Shown one piece after another: positions 58,288 to 64,000 of a stretch of 64,000 nucleotides of DNA. Source of the DNA: Azolla caroliniana (taxonomy: Eukaryota > Plantae > Polypodiophyta). A program made the position numbers and the translations under genes. The stretch spans positions 6,262,001 through 6,326,000 of the forward strand of contig JBHGNT010000016.1 of the NCBI GenBank assembly GCA_043228905.1, in the 5' to 3' direction. Under the pieces are notes generated by a model. The model saw only the letters and a list, made by a program, of their open reading frames with translations, searched no databases and was not told the origin of the DNA. Position 1 is the stretch's first letter; every line of letters begins with the position of its first letter.

Positions 58288-61200
58288 GCCACAATTGCTT
58301 CTTTGACCGGTTCCGGAAGATATGCATCCCCAGTATCTGTCTTGCCAGACCCAAGTCTTTCATTGAGAAAGTCCAGTTCAGAGCCTTCTTCAGCGTCTGT
58401 ATCTTGACTTGGTCACGTCTGACGATCAACATGTCGTCCACGTACAAGAGGAGTATCAGGAAGTCTCCACCTTCAAACTTCTTCACAAATACACAATGAT
58501 CGGCCTGCGTCTTGTGGTGCCCTTGATCGGTCATGAAGGAGTCGAACTTCCAGTACCATTGCCGAGGAGCCTGCTTCAAACCATAGAGGCTCTTCTTCAA
58601 CCGGCAAACCAGGTGATCCTTCCCTTTCTTCACAAATGCCTCCGGTTGCTGCATGTAGATCTCCTCTTCGAGGTCGTCGTGGAGGAACATCATCTTCATG
58701 TCTAACTGCTCTACCTCGAGGTCCATGCTTGCCGCTATACTCAGCACCGTCCGGATGGAAGTCATCTTTACTACCGGGGCAAATATCTCGTCGAAGTCCA
58801 CGCCCTTCTTCTGCTGGAACCCCTTCACCACAATCCTGGCTTTGTATCTCGGGGGTTTGCCGACATCTCTCGGTTTCAGCTTGTACACCCACTTGTTCCG
58901 GAGTGCCCTCTTTCCTTTCGGCAACTCCACCAATTCATATGTGTGGTTCTCATGCAGGGAATCCATCTCGTTCTGCATGGCACTCAACCACTTGCGGCTA
59001 TGGGTGTCATCCTTCGCTTCTTCGAAGCTTTCCGGCTCCCCCTCATCAATCAACAACACATTCTCTACATCCGAAAATCTCTGGGGGGCTCTTCTTTCTC
59101 TGAGAGGGTATCTCTGTCTTTGGCTTTCTGCAACCGGCTCCTCTATTCGTTCTTCATCCGAATTCGATTCGGGGTCTTGGTTGATTCTGGTTTCAGCTTC
59201 CTCTTCTTCTTCTTCTGCCGGTTAAGTATCCTCATCGTAACCGGCCGGTTCCTCAAGTGTCAACCGGCTCTTAACCGGGTAGGTCTGAATCTCATCGAAC
59301 CGATCCTTACCAATTGACTCAGAGTTCATTATCTTCTTCTCTGACTCCCGGTCGGGAAGGGTCTTGTCCTCCATGAAGATAATATCTCGAGTCCGGAAAA
59401 CTTTATTGTCGACCGGATCCCACACTCAGTAGCCGAACTCATCATCGTCGTATCCGAGGAATATACAAGGTCGGGACTTTGGATCCAACTTTGCTCTCTG
59501 GTCCTTTGCAACATGCACGTAAGCGAGACACCCGAACACCTTCAGGTGCCGGTAAGACACTTCCTTACCGGTCCACACTCTCTGTGGCGTGTCTTCGTCC
59601 AAGGGCACTGAGGGTGATCTGTTTATCACATACGTCGTTGTCGACAGCGCTTCAGCCCAAAACGTCTTGGGTAGCTTAGCATGTGCTAACATACTCCGGA
59701 CCCTCTCCATTATGGTCCAGTTCATCCTCTCGGCCAGCCCGTTTAGTTCCGGCGTCTTTGGCATAGTAAATTCGAGCTGGATTCCCTTCGAGCGGCATTA
59801 CTCCTAGAACTGCCCCCGGTATTCTCCTCCGTTATATGCTCAAACCGCCTTCAGCTTCCGGTCGGTTTCTCTTTCCACTCTCGCGTGGAGCTCCTTGAAG
59901 ATAGATAACACTTGATCCTTCGTCTTCAACGGTGTGGCCCACAACTTTCGGCTGTGGTCTTCTATGAACGTCACGAAGTACTGGGATCCGGCATGTGACT
60001 TTGTGTCCACTTGACACACATCGGTATGCACCAGCTCCAGTGGTGCATTACGTCTCATCGGTGGCCTTGATCAGAAGGAGGTCTGGTTTTGCTTGCCGGC
60101 CAGACAGTCGGTGCACCTCTCAAGATGCACGTCCTTCACCGGAATGAGGTTGTCATCGACAAGCCTCCTCATCCCCTCTTGCTCGTGTGACATAGTCTCT
60201 TGTGCCACAACTCATCGACAATGTCGGATACCATGTTCACTTCTTCCGGGCATAATCGGGCATTCATTAGGTACAATGTGTTGACTTTCCGGGCCCGAGC
60301 CACTATTAGGCTCCCTTTGCTGAACTTCATGACTCCGTTCTGGATGCTACCCATGTTGCATTCATCGTCTAGCTGACCGGCTGATATTAGGTTCAGTCGA
60401 ACCTCTGAAACATGTCGGACATCCTTCAGCATCAGCTTGCATCCGGTTGGTGTTGTCAGCCACATGTCTCCTATGCCGACAATTCAGCATGTACCTTCAT
60501 TCCCCATCTGGACACAACTGTGATCACCAGTTGTGTAGGATGAGAAACATTTCCGATCCGGGGTTAGGTGGAACGACACTCCGGAATCAACAACCCACGT
60601 TGTCTCGTCGTCGACAAGGTTCAACTCACTCTCCTCGGTGATGAGCATCAACTCCTCTTCACTTTCCATGATTGTCGTCGTTCCCTTCTAGTCCGGTTCC
60701 CTCCAGTCTTTACCATTCCGGTCCAGTGACCACTTCGAATCGGTATTGTCGGTTTCCTTCTCTTTCCGAAAATGCTAACAGTTCTTTTGGAAGTGCCCCG
60801 GCTTCCCACAATAGACGCAAATGGGCCTTCCCCTTGACTTTGACCGTGTCCCCGACTTTTCCCGGTTATGGGGACTCTAGTACCTTTGTCTTCCGCATTC
60901 TGATTCGGTAAGGAGCGTTTTGGTGTCGGAGCTCATATCCTTGTCTTTCCGATGCGCCTCTTTATCTAGCAAGCTCGACTTGACTCTTGCTAGGGATAAT
61001 TGTTTCCCTTCCGGTCCGGCGTTGCCCAAAGTGACAACTAACGTCTCCTAGCTATCTGGGAGGGAACCGGGCAAGAGTAGTGCTAGTACCTCATCGGCGA
61101 GAGGTACTTCCAATGATGTTGCCTAGTGAATCAGCCCCTGGAAGACATTCATGTGCTCCGCAATACTGGAGCCATCTTGGTACCGGAGTCTTACTAGCTT

Positions 61201-62163
61201 CTGAAATACTGAAACCCGATTAACAACATTTTTGTTCTGAAACATAATGTCGATCTTCTCCCATAGCTCATGAGCCTTGCTCTCTTCATTGAAGTTGTTG
61301 TACATGCTCATGTTGATGAAGCACCGTATGTACGTCGTTGTCTTCATATGCATCACCTCCCATATCGTGGCATCGATCTTGTCCGGTCTCTTGTCCTCAA
61401 ACTGAATCGGCAACCAAAGATCTTTAACCACAAGCATGTCCCTCATCTTCCACACTGAGTAGTTGGAGCCAGTGAGCTTGAACATGCCTCCCAACGAATC
61501 TTCCATTTTTTTGTGTCGTTTAGCTCTGATACCAGTTTGTAGAGAATATGTGGAATAATCTTCGGCCACAACCGAGACTTAGATCACTTAAGGATAATCA
61601 AACACAGAAGAAATGAGAAATGGAAGTGATTACACAAATAGAAGAGAATGCACAGGATGTTAACGTGGAAAACCCTAAGAGGGAAAAACTACGAGAGCCC
61701 ACAAACTCCGAACTATCACTATGTAGAGAGGAATACAACAGGTAAACACCGAGGCAACGACCTCGTGCTCACAATCTTCACCTGGTGGCAGTTACAACAG
61801 AGACTCTCTCTCTCTCTCTCTCTCTCTCTATACAACAGTTACACCAATACCTCTATACAAAATAATGGCAACAACGCCCACTTGGTTTGCCCTAGGTCAT
61901 ATTTATACTAATATGAAATTAGGACTATTTACAGATGTAGCCCCAATGGGCTCTCAGAAACATATTTCCATATATGTCCCTTCAGCCAGTGAGAGGTTCT
62001 CACCGGGCCTGCGTCATCCAGTTCTCACCGGGTCTTCCTTGCCGGGTACTCTACATCTGGTTCTCACCAGGTCTTCCGTTGCCAAGTACTCCTCATCCGG
62101 TTCTCATCAGGTTTTCCGTTGCCAGGTACTCATATCCCATCCGGAGGGACCGAAATCCTAACA
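58288..62163 (-). mobile_element. Copia family C copy, 3'-truncated within RT
   Basis: 5' LTR 61538-62163; PBS 61523-61534; WVVDSG protease; integrase; LYGLKQAPRQW and YVDDML RT. Confidence 0.9.
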
Positions 62164-62299
62164 CTTCGAACTATGAACATCTCTTCTTAGGAAGGAGACA
62201 CACATCAAGAAAACTTATCTACTCATGTCCCATTGGTCAATATTGGTCTCTCTACAAACACTAAAAAACATCTAATCTCATGTCGTTTTCTTTACATTG

Positions 62300-63280
62300 A
62301 TTCTAAACATATATAACTTTTCTAATCAACTTGAAGCCCAAACTCAATGCATATAACTCTATTTATTTGTGGTGGTACATCAATACCAAGATACTTGAAG
62401 CTTCACACATATTCTACATGTATGATTTTCTTCCTATTTGTAAGTGTAGAGTATTGTCAATATTGAATAGCACTACACAATTTTGTTTTATCCACATTCA
62501 CACTTAGTCCATTGTGAAGGCTACATTATTCTAATGCTCCAAGTAAATGTTACATACCATCAACATCAATATGATAAGAAGAGAACCACATCATCCGCGT
62601 ATTTAAATATAATAAGAATATAACTTGTTGCGTAACGTTTTGAGCATCCAATTCTTCTTCTTTTGCAACACTTCTTCCAAGTTACAACGCATGAGCCAAA
62701 TAGTGTAGGTGATAATGGACATATTTGCTTAACCCCCATGCTCCTTAAAAAGGTATTTTGAAAATCCATAGATATTTTTTAGTTGGCATCTAAATTGCTC
62801 ATATTATCATGCAATTGAAACTCAATACTCTAATGACATGCCAATTTCCACTATTCTATTCCAATCTCGCTTTGTGATACTATATCACAAACCTTTTTGG
62901 GATGAAGAAAACAGTGATTGAGTGTTTTCCCTTGCAGACAACTTTTTTATGTAAATACACTTAATGTAACCAAATGATCCACCATGAAGTGTTTTTCTAT
63001 ATAACATACTTGCCTAACTGCCCATTTATTTTTGCTTTTGGCTCATGATAGTGCTATACACTTCACCGCTAGTTGATCTCAACATGATTGTGGCTAATTT
63101 GATATGTAATTCTTATATCATGCATTGAATATTGACGTAGTCTAATTCATGAGCCAATCATTTGGAAAACCTTGTTTAATAGCTTGACAATAATAGTCAT
63201 TATCAAGTGATAAGTATTTGGCCTTATCCATTTTAAGATCTCACTCTACTAAGAGTTACCTTTGTTACTTTGCCATTGAC
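62300..63280 (-). pseudogene. Highly decayed non-LTR (LINE) reverse transcriptase fragment
   Basis: GVKQICPLSPTLFG...YADDVVL; DHLVTL upstream. Confidence 0.7.
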
Positions 63281-64000
63281 CATATTTTTTTCGTTCCCTT
63301 ACTGACACCCTCATAATCAATGCATGTATTACAAGGTGTTTCGTTGTCCTCAATAGGAGTCACTCCCTCACGCATATATAGCCTTTATATATATTCTAGC
63401 ATCTCTTCCATATATTGGCATGGAAACCTACACCCCTTTCTTATGTGTACAACAAAATATGTTGATAAACAAAGCTTCGTGGTGGTAAGAATGTTTATGT
63501 GCCAACTTCAGTGATAAAAGAAGGAATGTAAACTCATTGAGATCATAAGAATATATGTTTGCTCAACATGATCAAGGTGTAGGCCCCTATCTTGTCGATA
63601 TCACGATGTCCTTCCAAATTCATGAAATGAAAATCACTTGTTTTAGTTCACGACAATAAGAAAGTTGGATTGTGAATGAGGGTTTGAATCTTGCTCTGCG
63701 ACTTTTGGAGGGCTCGCTTGAGCAAGGCATGTTGAAGAAGAGAGTGCAACTATAAAATTTGAAACCAAGAAAGGGGGAAGGGGACTCATTGAAAAAACTA
63801 ATTTGTTCAAAATCTCCACACCTTGTGCATCTATGCCAGAGAAAAAGTTGAGTAGAAAACTATGTAAGGTAAAACCGAAAGACAATCGATCAGAACGATG
63901 TAACCCTTGCACATTGGATGTTGAGAAGGGGCCAATAACGTGCCAACATATATGTTAATTTACTAACACTCAAATGCAACTTTGTCTCACGACAAGAACT

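Overview
Plant nuclear, gene-free, heterochromatin-like window made almost entirely of nested and rearranged retroelements. The host is probably a non-seed land plant, which is inference from the element types. The core (20606-46257) is a four-level nest of a GC-rich, tRNA-Trp-primed Ty3/gypsy superfamily. E1 (+, decayed autonomous) contains E2 (-, gag-only non-autonomous). E2's 3' LTR contains E3 (-, decayed autonomous). E3's 5' LTR contains E4 (-, intact, two 801-bp LTRs). Every insertion of this superfamily with a readable target has a 4-bp site centred on CG (ACGG, CCGG, GCGC, GCGT, GCGG, etc.). Gag-PR and RT-RH-IN overlap at G_GAT_TTT_TAG, followed by a predicted pseudoknot with a compensatory change, indicating a -1 frameshift placed after the protease. 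The rest of the window holds several decayed tRNA-iMet-primed Copia elements, an AT-rich gypsy element, two LINE fragments, tRNA-like Pol III modules inside LTRs, an apparent inversion, a telomeric-repeat patch, and an apparently intronless pseudogene fragment of the H3K27me1 methyltransferase ATXR5/6. All boundaries and counts were read by eye; no searches were run.
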